Positions 30,181-38,790 of a stretch of DNA of 64,000 nucleotides are shown here, piece by piece. The notes under the pieces are model-generated. The model worked only from the letters and a program-made list of their open reading frames with translations. It ran no database searches and was not told where the DNA came from. The translations under genes and the position numbers were made by a program. The DNA is from Thermodesulfobacteriota bacterium (lineage in GTDB: Bacteria; Desulfobacterota; Desulfarculia; JACQYL01): contig CAXXLZ010000002.1 of the NCBI GenBank assembly GCA_963675595.2, forward strand, positions 2,336,001 to 2,400,000. Direction: 5' to 3'. The first letter of the stretch is position 1, and every line of letters starts with the position of its first letter.

Positions 30181-31116
30181 ATGAGCCACAAGGTACTGAT
30201 CAGCCTGGATGATTCACTCCAGTCCAGTCGCGTGGTGGATTACGCCGTGCGCATTTCCAGCGTCATCCAAGACATGGAATACACCCTCATGAACGTTCAA
30301 CCCCCGATTCCTCCTTTTATCACGGATGAAGCCAAAAAGGACAGCAAGGCCTATCAGGAGTTGGCGCGTCTCAAACAACGAAACGAGACCGCGGCGAACG
30401 CCGTTTTGGAGAAATGCAAAACCCGGATGGCCGATCGGGGAGTCCCGGAAAGTCGCATCGAGTTTCTCACAAGACCAAGAAGGTTGGGGGTCGCCCAGGA
30501 TATTCTCGACACGGCTGAAAAGGGCATGTACGACGCACTACTTCTTGGACGGCGAGGCCTCACCAAAGCCCAACAACTTTTCATCGGCAGCGTGTCCAAC
30601 AAAATTATCAACAACGCCTCCGTGATACCCGTCTGGATTATCGACGGAGAAATCACTTCGATGAAAATTCTCGTGGCGGTGGACGGCTCCTCCGCTTCCC
30701 TTCGCGCCGTGGACCACCTGACCTACATGGTCGGCGGCAACCCCGACGTGACCATCACTTTTCTCCATGTAACGCCCAAGCTCGCCGACTACTGCTCCAT
30801 CGACCTCGGTGAGGAGGACGGTACCCAGACCCTTGAAGCCGCCCTCTTAGAGGAAGATGCCAAATGCATCGACGCCTTTCATGCAAAGGCCATGTCGATG
30901 ATCAAAGAGGCCGGTATTGCGGAAGACCAAGTCGCCTTTAAGACAAAAACCACCACCATGGGGGTTGCAAAAGCCGTGCGGGAGGAAGCCAGACGCGGTA
31001 AGTACGGAACCGTGGTGATCGGACGGAAAGGACAGAGCAACTCGTTTTTCATGGGCAGCGTGTCCAACAAGCTCATCCAGATGATGACCAACTGCGCTCT
31101 CTGGGTGACCGTGTAG
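30181..31116 (+). CDS. Tandem universal stress protein
   Basis: Two Usp domains, each with GRxG...GSVSNK. Confidence 0.88.
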   Translation: MSHKVLISLDDSLQSSRVVDYAVRISSVIQDMEYTLMNVQPPIPPFITDEAKKDSKAYQELARLKQRNETAANAVLEKCKTRMADRGVPESRIEFLTRPRRLGVAQDILDTAEKGMYDALLLGRRGLTKAQQLFIGSVSNKIINNASVIPVWIIDGEITSMKILVAVDGSSASLRAVDHLTYMVGGNPDVTITFLHVTPKLADYCSIDLGEEDGTQTLEAALLEEDAKCIDAFHAKAMSMIKEAGIAEDQVAFKTKTTTMGVAKAVREEARRGKYGTVVIGRKGQSNSFFMGSVSNKLIQMMTNCALWVTV

Positions 31117-31269
31117 CGTCTTCCCCGACGGGCGGGCTGGGGACCCGACGCTACACACTTCAGTACCCCGGTTATCTCCGGCATACGCTGCAGCAAAAAG
31201 GCCGGGCGCATCCTCCATTGAGAGAGCGCGCCCGGCCTTTTTCCACTCAGTATTTTCGAGGACAACGAA

Positions 31270-31848
31270 TCACGCGACCCGTTGGGTCTCCATCCGACCG
31301 ATGTAATCCTCCACCAGCACGTTGTGGTCTTTGTCTTTCAATTTTTTCCTGATCTTATCCTCGGCGATGTCCACCGCCATGTCGACCAGTTCTTCCACCA
31401 ACTCGTGGTGCGCCCTTCGAATTTCGAATTCGGCACTCGCTTTGGCCGCCGTAATCAACCGCTCAGCGGTTTCTTCGGCGTCCGCAAGGATTCGCTTCTT
31501 CTGAGCTTCCCCTTGTGCCTGGATAATATCCTTCAGTTCACGAATCTTTTCGTCGGCTTTGGAAACCTCTTCGAGGATTTCCCGGTATTCCGCATCGGCC
31601 TCATCACGGAAGGTTTCCGCCTTCTTGATATCCGAATCGATCTCCTCGGTCCTACCGGCCAGGAAATTGGTCAAAGGGGCTTTGCCGAATTTGACGATCA
31701 CGAATACCAGGATGAGGAAGTTGCCGATCTTCCAGGCGAGATCCCACTCGTCCCGGTATTCCCAAGTTCCCCCGTCCTCGGCGACGGCGAGAGTCGCCGC
31801 GGCGAAGAATCCGAAGGCAACGGGTGCGGCTGCTTTAATCCATCTCAT
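31270..31848 (-). CDS. atpF: ATP synthase Fo subunit b
   Basis: NFLILVFVIVKFGKAP TM followed by charged coiled coil. Confidence 0.85.
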   Translation of the reverse strand: MRWIKAAAPVAFGFFAAATLAVAEDGGTWEYRDEWDLAWKIGNFLILVFVIVKFGKAPLTNFLAGRTEEIDSDIKKAETFRDEADAEYREILEEVSKADEKIRELKDIIQAQGEAQKKRILADAEETAERLITAAKASAEFEIRRAHHELVEELVDMAVDIAEDKIRKKLKDKDHNVLVEDYIGRMETQRVA

Positions 31849-32273
31849 TTCAGCTCCCTGCCGACTACCTTCCGGGTCAGGTAAAGTGAAAGAGCCGTCG
31901 CCTGCTTCTTGAACTCTCTTCGAGCCGAATTCGCCTGACCGGCAATTTCGTCTCGAATGGCGGAGACGATCTTGGCTTCTTCCTCTTTGGTCTGGATGAC
32001 CAGATGCTCCGCACGCGACGTCGCTTCCGCCATCATCCTTTCCCGTTCTTTGTTTGCCTCCCGCTTTGCGTCCTCAAGCTGCCCATTAAACTCGACGAGA
32101 AGGCGCTCTCCCTTATCGGCAAATTCGGATGCATCCTTCCGCGCCTGATCGATCCTTTCCTTCCGCTCCCTCACTGTTTCCAGCACCGGCCGAAACAGGA
32201 GCCGGTTCAGGATGAACATGAGCAGAAGGAAGTTGATCAACTGCAGCGCCAGGGTGGCGTTTATGCTGATCAC
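31845..32273 (-). CDS. atpF: ATP synthase Fo subunit b'
   Basis: INATLALQLINFLLLMFILNRLLFRP followed by coiled coil. Confidence 0.85.
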   Translation of the reverse strand: MISINATLALQLINFLLLMFILNRLLFRPVLETVRERKERIDQARKDASEFADKGERLLVEFNGQLEDAKREANKERERMMAEATSRAEHLVIQTKEEEAKIVSAIRDEIAGQANSARREFKKQATALSLYLTRKVVGRELK

Positions 32274-32306
32274 CTTTCAGACTCCGTATCTTTTGGGTTT
32301 CGCTTT

Positions 32307-32561
32307 CTAGACCACAAAAATCAGAAGCAACGCTACGACCAGGGAGTAAATACCCGTGGATTCCGAAACAGCCTGCCCGACGAGCATCGTTCTGGTCAGC
32401 AAACCGGCTTCCTGGGGATTTCTGCCGATGGCCTCACAAGCCTTACCCGCGGCAAAACCTTCACCCACGCCGGGTCCAATGGCGCCGAGTCCCATCGCGA
32501 TACCCGCCCCCAACAGAGCCGCCGCCCGTACGATGTCCGCTCCTTCGATTCCTACTGCCAT
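32307..32561 (-). CDS. atpE: ATP synthase Fo subunit c, single hairpin, Na+-type signature
   Basis: GxGxGxG stretch GAIGPGVGEG, RNP loop, QAVSESTGIY. Confidence 0.92.
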   Translation of the reverse strand: MAVGIEGADIVRAAALLGAGIAMGLGAIGPGVGEGFAAGKACEAIGRNPQEAGLLTRTMLVGQAVSESTGIYSLVVALLLIFVV

Positions 32562-32655
32562 TTGATCATCCTCCGTAATGTTTATTTTGATCGCCTCTAT
32601 TCGTTCAATTCTTTGTATGTGCCGACGGATGCAACGCCCTTCAAGCCCGCCACAT

Positions 32656-33630
32656 TTAGACCACGAAAATCAGGACGAGAGCTATCACCATTGCGTAAAT
32701 CGCGGTGGATTGGGCCACCGCCTGACCCACCAGCATGGTTCGAGTCAACACACCGGTGGCTTCCGAACTTCGACTGACCCAGGTTACGGCTCCCTCGGCG
32801 GTCATCCCGTTCCCGATCCCGGGTCCGATACCTCCGAATCCCATGCAAAGCCCTGCGGACAGGAGAGCGAAGGACGCGGTGAGCGTGGAAGACTCGGGGA
32901 ACGTCTTGAACATCAGAATGAAGCTCACCAACAGACCGAAAATAGCCGGAGTTTGGGCCACGGCCTGTCCCACAAGCATGGCCGTTGTCGTGGCTCCCAG
33001 AGTGAGAGGTTGCCTGGCGATTCCCTGCGTGCTGGCTCCGGCCGCCATTCCGCCTCCGACGCCGGACCCGATGGCCGCCAACCCCGTGGAGAACCCCGCG
33101 CCCAGCAGCGCCGCCCAGGTAGGAGAGACGGGGGCTTTGCTGAAGTCCAGGAACATGAGCATAAAGGCCACCACCATGGAAAAAATGGCGGGCGTCTGGC
33201 AGACCGCGGAGCCGATGAGCATGTTGGTTGTGAGGGAGCCCGCCATTTTGGGCTGCCGCGCCAATCCTTCGCATGCACCGGCGGCGGGAAATCCCGAACC
33301 TACGCCCGAACCGATGGCTCCGAACCCCATGCACGCCCCCGCGCCGATGAGCGCCGCGGATTTGGCCGTCGTCTCACCGATATGATGATCCAGAAAGATC
33401 AGCAAAACAGCGATCACCAGTGCGAAAATACCCGCGGACTCGGCCACGGCCTGGCCGACCAACATGTTTCGCACAACATCGCTCGATGCTTGGGGACGTC
33501 TGGCGCTGGCGCGCGATGCAAAACCCGCACAGAATCCTTCCCCTACCGCAGCGCCGATGGCTCCGAGCCCGATGGCGATCCCGGCGCCGAGATACGCCGA
33601 ACCCATAACATAAATATGTGCCGTCTCCAC
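32656..33630 (-). CDS. atpE: Quadruplicated ATP synthase c subunit (4 hairpins, 8 TM)
   Basis: Four c-like repeats; loops RRP/RQP/RQP/RSS; ion-site segments AES / CQT / AQT / AQS. Confidence 0.88.
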   Translation of the reverse strand: METAHIYVMGSAYLGAGIAIGLGAIGAAVGEGFCAGFASRASARRPQASSDVVRNMLVGQAVAESAGIFALVIAVLLIFLDHHIGETTAKSAALIGAGACMGFGAIGSGVGSGFPAAGACEGLARQPKMAGSLTTNMLIGSAVCQTPAIFSMVVAFMLMFLDFSKAPVSPTWAALLGAGFSTGLAAIGSGVGGGMAAGASTQGIARQPLTLGATTTAMLVGQAVAQTPAIFGLLVSFILMFKTFPESSTLTASFALLSAGLCMGFGGIGPGIGNGMTAEGAVTWVSRSSEATGVLTRTMLVGQAVAQSTAIYAMVIALVLIFVV

Positions 33631-33648
33631 TTGGGCTATATCTCCCTT

Positions 33649-34323
33649 CTACTTAATCTGAACCGAAATATACACAAGGGTCAGCATGGTGAAAACAAAA
33701 GCCTGGATGGTTCCGACAAACAGTCCGAAAAACGCGAACAGGAAAGGCGGAATCACCAATTGCCAGACGAGGTGGGATACGACCAGAATGATGATGGACC
33801 CGCCCATGATGTTTCCATACAGACGGAAGGAGATGGAAACGACCTTGGCGATCTCACCAATCACGTTCAAAGGAGCCATGAAGAACATCGGCTGGCAATA
33901 CTCGGAGAGATACTGCTTCAAGCCTTTGGCCTTGATTCCGGAATAATGGGCGATGATAAACCCCAGCAGCCCCATGCTGAGAGGCGTATTCAAATCTTTG
34001 GTGGGCTCCGAAAGAAAAGGAATGATCCCGATCCAGTTACACAAGAGCAGAAACATGAAAAGCGCGCAAATCAAGGGAAAGTATTTTCGATAGTCCTTGA
34101 TTTCCAATGCGTCGCGAGTCAAGTCGTCGAAGGTCACGATAAAGAGCTCGGCGACATTCTGCAAACCTCCGGGAACATGGGCCAACTTTCGCGATGCGAG
34201 CACCGCGAACAAAATCAATACCCCCATGACGATCCACGTCATGATCAGGGTTTCTACGTTGAACACCAAATTGTAGTCCCCGAGCGTGAGCGTGTACTGC
34301 CAGACATTGGTTAATTCATCCAT
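33649..34323 (-). CDS. atpB: ATP synthase Fo subunit a
   Basis: PTKDLN, SISFRLYGNI with essential Arg, IQAFVFTMLT. Confidence 0.92.
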   Translation of the reverse strand: MDELTNVWQYTLTLGDYNLVFNVETLIMTWIVMGVLILFAVLASRKLAHVPGGLQNVAELFIVTFDDLTRDALEIKDYRKYFPLICALFMFLLLCNWIGIIPFLSEPTKDLNTPLSMGLLGFIIAHYSGIKAKGLKQYLSEYCQPMFFMAPLNVIGEIAKVVSISFRLYGNIMGGSIIILVVSHLVWQLVIPPFLFAFFGLFVGTIQAFVFTMLTLVYISVQIK

Positions 34324-34347
34324 TGTGCCTTCCCTGCCTTGTGGTCG

Positions 34348-34770
34348 TCAATATGTGATTCCCCTCCGAAAAAAATGAGCCCATCCAACATAATACAGCA
34401 GGATCGAAATCTGTGCATTGAAGACGCCGACACATGTGGCCACGATGCTGATCTGATCCGATCTGACGGCTATGATTAAAGGGAATGCCAGAAGAACGTA
34501 TCGGAGCAAAATGGAGAAAAAGGCTTCCACCCCCGCGCGTTTCGAACTCATACCCAACCGTCGAACGATCCCGCGTTTCATCAACGCGAAATTGGCCAGG
34601 CTGAAAACGCTCCCCAACACAAATCCTTTGGCCTCGCCGAAACGGGACATGGCAAGACATCCGAGCACCACCACCGCGCAGAGCACGGCTGCGGTTTTTG
34701 CCACGTTCACCACCGGGTCGTCCGCCCGAGGCTCATTCTCCGTTTTTCCGGTCTCGCTCGGTACCTTCAT
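34348..34770 (-). CDS. atpI: ATP synthase protein I
   Basis: Four TM helices, position before atpB. Confidence 0.75.
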   Translation of the reverse strand: MKVPSETGKTENEPRADDPVVNVAKTAAVLCAVVVLGCLAMSRFGEAKGFVLGSVFSLANFALMKRGIVRRLGMSSKRAGVEAFFSILLRYVLLAFPLIIAVRSDQISIVATCVGVFNAQISILLYYVGWAHFFRRGITY

Positions 34771-34984
34771 CGAGAACCTCTCTGATCTGGCGATACACCG
34801 TGTAGGCCCCTCCGATGACACCAAGAATCAGAAAAACGGTAGTGAAGAGCCCTTTTACCCCGAGCCACTTGTCTAGATAGTAACCGATGGCAAAGCAAAA
34901 GAGCACACAACCGACCATGGTGAGACCCAACTGGGTAACCAGTGTGAGGTTCTCCATCATGGCCTTCCGATCCTGTTTTTTCAT
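34733..34984 (-). CDS. atpZ: AtpZ/AtpI-family Fo-associated protein
   Basis: QLGLTM...GYYLDKWLG...FLILGVIGG. Confidence 0.8.
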   Translation of the reverse strand: MKKQDRKAMMENLTLVTQLGLTMVGCVLFCFAIGYYLDKWLGVKGLFTTVFLILGVIGGAYTVYRQIREVLDEGTERDRKNGE

Positions 34985-35025
34985 AGAGCACGCGAATCGC
35001 TTGTGATTATTTTCTCGCAGTCGGG

Positions 35026-35055
35026 ACACTAATGCCTTTTGGATGCTTTTGTCAA
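35026..35055 (-). promoter_or_regulatory. Candidate sigma70 promoter of the Fo operon
   Basis: TTGACA-N18-TAGTGT about 40 nt upstream of atpZ. Confidence 0.4.
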
Positions 35056-35489
35056 GAGAAAACCTTGACGCCCATCGTGCCCAAATCAAAACATTCGGTA
35101 TCTTAAGACAATCTGCAAAGATCCGGAGCACACGGCTGTTTTCTCACGCGGCAGCCCCCTACCCCCGCCGGGACGACCGTCGGCCGCAACCGGCGATCAT
35201 GCAGCATAGCGCTCTATTATCGATTGTGCAAGCGGCTCAACAATGCATCAAAAAAAAGCTCCGGGAGCCGGGCCCTCGTCTCCAGGGGAGGAACGGACCC
35301 TCTCTGATTCGGCACGGCCCTACCCCCCTCCGGCCCCAAGAGGAAACCCCTTTCCATCTGCGGTTCAAGTATGCCATAGTTGTGAATCAAAGTACGAGCG
35401 GACCCGATGAACGAAGCCGCCTACCGCGAATCACCCACGAATCGGGATATCCCGTTCATTGGTCCCCGTCGGCGTTTTGGAGACTAGAC

Positions 35490-36650
35490 ATGCCTCAGCC
35501 CATAGATCAAGAAGAACTTTCGGTTCTTCTCGTCGATGATGAAGATGAATTCCGACAGCCTTTATTCAAACGCCTTTCCAGGCGGGGATTCCATGTCCGG
35601 GAGGCTTGCAACGGACGTGAAGCGCTGCTGGCTCTTGAAAAAGAACCCGCCGGCGTGGTGGTCATGGACGTCATGATGCCCGTTCTGGATGGAATAGAGG
35701 CTCTCAAAAGAATCAAACAGGAATTCCACGAAACCGAGGTCATCCTTCTCACCGGCTTTTCCAATACCGATCAGGGCGTATCCGGAATCAAAGCCGGAGC
35801 CTTTGACTATCTGTCCAAGCCCATTGAATTCGAACACCTCTTGGGCAAGATACGTCAAGCCGGCGACAAGCTGCTCCGACAAGAGGAAAAACGACGCGAA
35901 CTCGAGTTCCGCTCGCGAATGGAGCAGCAAATGATCGCAGCGGAACGTTTGGCCGCAGTGGGTACCATGGCCGCCGGAATCGCCCACGAAATCAACAACC
36001 CTCTCTCCATCATCGCGGAATCGGCCGGATGGATGAACACCCTTCTGGCCAAACCCGAGTTGGCCTCCATCCCTCACCGGGACGGATTAAAACTCGCTCT
36101 GGACAAGATCGAAAAGAGCGTCTCCCGCACCCGCACCATTACGCACCAACTACTGGGTTTCGTGCGCAAGGACGATTCCGTCGTTAAGGAAAGCAGCCTG
36201 TCCGAGCTCATTCAGGAAGTCATCGACCTCATGGGGACTCATGCCGGGGATTTAGGGGTGGTTCTCGAAAAAGACGTCGATACCCGGGCGGATACGATCT
36301 GGACCGATCCGTCGCAACTTCGCCAAGTGTTGGTGAATCTGGTATCCAACGCCATACAGGCGTCCTCGCGCGACGGTAAGGTGCTCATCCGTCTGGAGGA
36401 CGCACCCGAAGAGATCATCCTGTCGGTGAAGGATCAGGGCGAGGGCATTCCCAAAGAGAACTTGTGTCGAATCTTCGAACCGTTCTTCACCACCAAACCC
36501 CCGGGGAAAGGCACGGGGTTGGGACTTTCCATCAGTCGAAGTCTGGTGGAGAAGCTCGGAGGTAAGATCGACGTGGAGAGTCAACTCGGAAAAGGAAGCA
36601 CCTTCTCGGTGCGGCTTCCCAAGTTGAACCCCGTCGCAGACCGCTCATGA
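35490..36650 (+). CDS. Hybrid receiver-histidine kinase (REC-HisKA-HATPase)
   Basis: LLVDDE, MDVMMP, AHEINNPL, NLVSNA, FFTTK, GTGLGL. Confidence 0.9.
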   Translation: MPQPIDQEELSVLLVDDEDEFRQPLFKRLSRRGFHVREACNGREALLALEKEPAGVVVMDVMMPVLDGIEALKRIKQEFHETEVILLTGFSNTDQGVSGIKAGAFDYLSKPIEFEHLLGKIRQAGDKLLRQEEKRRELEFRSRMEQQMIAAERLAAVGTMAAGIAHEINNPLSIIAESAGWMNTLLAKPELASIPHRDGLKLALDKIEKSVSRTRTITHQLLGFVRKDDSVVKESSLSELIQEVIDLMGTHAGDLGVVLEKDVDTRADTIWTDPSQLRQVLVNLVSNAIQASSRDGKVLIRLEDAPEEIILSVKDQGEGIPKENLCRIFEPFFTTKPPGKGTGLGLSISRSLVEKLGGKIDVESQLGKGSTFSVRLPKLNPVADRS

Positions 36651-36702
36651 CCGGATTCACGGCTCCGCTTCCGGCTTCGATCTCCAAACCGATCGCGGGC
36701 GG

Positions 36703-38085
36703 CTACTTTCGGATCACGGCCTCCAAGGAGATATTGTATTTCTTCATCCTATTCCACACCGTCATGCGGTGAACTCCAAGAATTTCGGCCGCCTTGGTCT
36801 TGCTTCCGCCGCTTAGACGCAACGCCTCGATGAGAGCCCTTCGCTCATCCCCGGACTCCGCATCGCCCGCGACGGAACCCTCCTTGACTTCCGGCTCCCC
36901 ACCGGCCTGCTGCATCGCCGGCAGGTGCTCAAGTTGTATGGAACCGGACTCCGCCACCACAAAAGCGTATTCGAGAGCGCTCCTCAGTTCCCTGACGTTC
37001 CCCGGCCAATTATAATCCATGAAGAATCTCATCACTTCGGGACTCGTCCCATTAATCCGCTTCTGATTACGTCTGCGCAGGTCCGCGGTGAAATGTCCCA
37101 CCAACAAGGGAATATCGTCTTTCCGCTCCCGCAAAGGGGGTAAATGAATGGGAATCACGTTGATACGGAAGAAAAGGTCTTCCCGAAACCGGCCTTCCGA
37201 TACCAACCGGGAAAGATTCCGGTTGGTCGCCGAAATGACCCGAACATCCACGTTCACCGGAGCGTGGTCTCCCACGCGTTCAAAACGCTTGGTCTCCAGC
37301 ACCCGCAACAGTTTGACCTGAGTGGCGGAGGGAATATCTCCGATTTCATCCAGGAAGATATCTCCCCCGTGCGCAGCTTCGAATCGCCCCACCCGGTGAC
37401 GATAGGCTCCGGTGAACGCCCCCTTCACGTGACCGAACAATTCGCTTTCCAGGAGAGACTCGTTCAAGGCCGCACAGTTGAATTGGATGAAGGGCCCTTC
37501 CTTCCTCCGCCCAAGGCTGTGAATCGCATGGGCCACCAGCTCCTTGCCCGTTCCGCTCTCACCATAGATCACCACCGGAGCGTCGCTTTGACCGGCTTTT
37601 TCGATGATCTGAAAAATCTTGCGCATGGCCCTACTCTTGCCCACCATGCCTTGAAAACCCGTGGCCGGTACTAGTAGACGCGAAAGTTCCTGAATCTTCT
37701 GATCGCGCCGATCCATTTCCGACAAGTCGATGAAGGTTTCCAGCGCGCCGATCACCTCGCCGTTTTCGTCCTGCAGCAGGCAGGCGTTTTTCAACGCGGC
37801 CACGAGACTTCCGTTCTTCTTCCCGAGCAAACACCGCTTGTCCTTCACGCCTCCCATCTCGAACAAGGCACACCAGTTCTTTCCGCCTTCGGAGCGGGTC
37901 AGATCGCAGGCGTCGCACTTCAGCACCGTGCAGGGAGCCCCCAACAACTCCTCTTTGGTAAATCCCGTCATCCTTTCGAAGGCCGTGTTCACCACAAGGA
38001 TTCTCCCTTCCGGCCCCACTACCATCAAACCGTCGCTCACCGCATTCAGAATGGTCTTCCAATGAACTCCGAAATCATTTGTCAT
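36703..38085 (-). CDS. PAS-AAA+-Fis sigma54-dependent activator
   Basis: GESGTGKE, GAFTGA, WPGNVREL, C-terminal HTH; Cys-rich PAS. Confidence 0.92.
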   Translation of the reverse strand: MTNDFGVHWKTILNAVSDGLMVVGPEGRILVVNTAFERMTGFTKEELLGAPCTVLKCDACDLTRSEGGKNWCALFEMGGVKDKRCLLGKKNGSLVAALKNACLLQDENGEVIGALETFIDLSEMDRRDQKIQELSRLLVPATGFQGMVGKSRAMRKIFQIIEKAGQSDAPVVIYGESGTGKELVAHAIHSLGRRKEGPFIQFNCAALNESLLESELFGHVKGAFTGAYRHRVGRFEAAHGGDIFLDEIGDIPSATQVKLLRVLETKRFERVGDHAPVNVDVRVISATNRNLSRLVSEGRFREDLFFRINVIPIHLPPLRERKDDIPLLVGHFTADLRRRNQKRINGTSPEVMRFFMDYNWPGNVRELRSALEYAFVVAESGSIQLEHLPAMQQAGGEPEVKEGSVAGDAESGDERRALIEALRLSGGSKTKAAEILGVHRMTVWNRMKKYNISLEAVIRK

Positions 38086-38241
38086 GCATCAATTCCTCGG
38101 CACGAATTTATCACATGATTAATCATCTTTTTGTCATATGCAAACATCGACACGGACCCTCCCCGGAAGACCTCGATACAGCACCTCTAATTTCTATTTT
38201 AATATCAATAAGATAGATCACGCAATCGCTTTCCAAGCCAT

Positions 38242-38256
38242 TGGCACGGAACTTGT
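38242..38256 (+). promoter_or_regulatory. Sigma54 -24/-12 promoter, with an IHF-like site near 38203
   Basis: TGGCAC-GGAAC-TTGT next to a divergent activator; TATCAATAAGATA upstream. Confidence 0.65.
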
Positions 38257-38389
38257 TAAAGCATTCTCACACCACGGTGAACCGTCCCGTCGTAGGGACA
38301 AGGGAAGAAACGAAACCGATTTCAGCCCTTCATCCGAAACTTATTTTGTTTATCAGATTCAACCGGATTGGCGCAACAAGGAGGCGACC

Positions 38390-38722
38390 ATGAAAAAGAT
38401 TCTGTCTCTGATTCTGGGCATTGTCCTGTTCCTAACGTCCGTCGGATTGGTATTCGCTTACGGCGACGGCAATTACCGCAAGGGCAAATACCTTTTCCGC
38501 AAGAATTGCCGCGCCTGCCATACGGAGGCGGGACAGGCCAAGGAGTTGAGCCCTCTGAGCAAAACCATGGCCGAATGGGAACAGGCGTTCAAACCCGAAA
38601 CCGCGGCCGGCTATCCCTGCAAGGATGAATGGGCGAAGCTTTCCGAAAGCGACCTCAACGACATCTACACCTATTTATATAAGCATGCCGCCGACTCTGC
38701 GACTCCGGCCAAGTGTAAGTAA
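38390..38722 (+). CDS. Periplasmic monoheme cytochrome c
   Basis: AAGGAGG RBS, signal peptide, CRACH. Confidence 0.85.
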   Translation: MKKILSLILGIVLFLTSVGLVFAYGDGNYRKGKYLFRKNCRACHTEAGQAKELSPLSKTMAEWEQAFKPETAAGYPCKDEWAKLSESDLNDIYTYLYKHAADSATPAKCK

Positions 38723-38790
38723 GCTCCGTTACCGCTTTTCAATGAAACCATCGGAAGTTCAACCATTCCATGAACCTGAGGAAGACGACC

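Noticed and set aside
32656-33630. Assembly artefact or V-type c subunit as explanation of the 4x repeat
   Set aside because: The repeats are clearly diverged from each other, and the context and loops are F-type.
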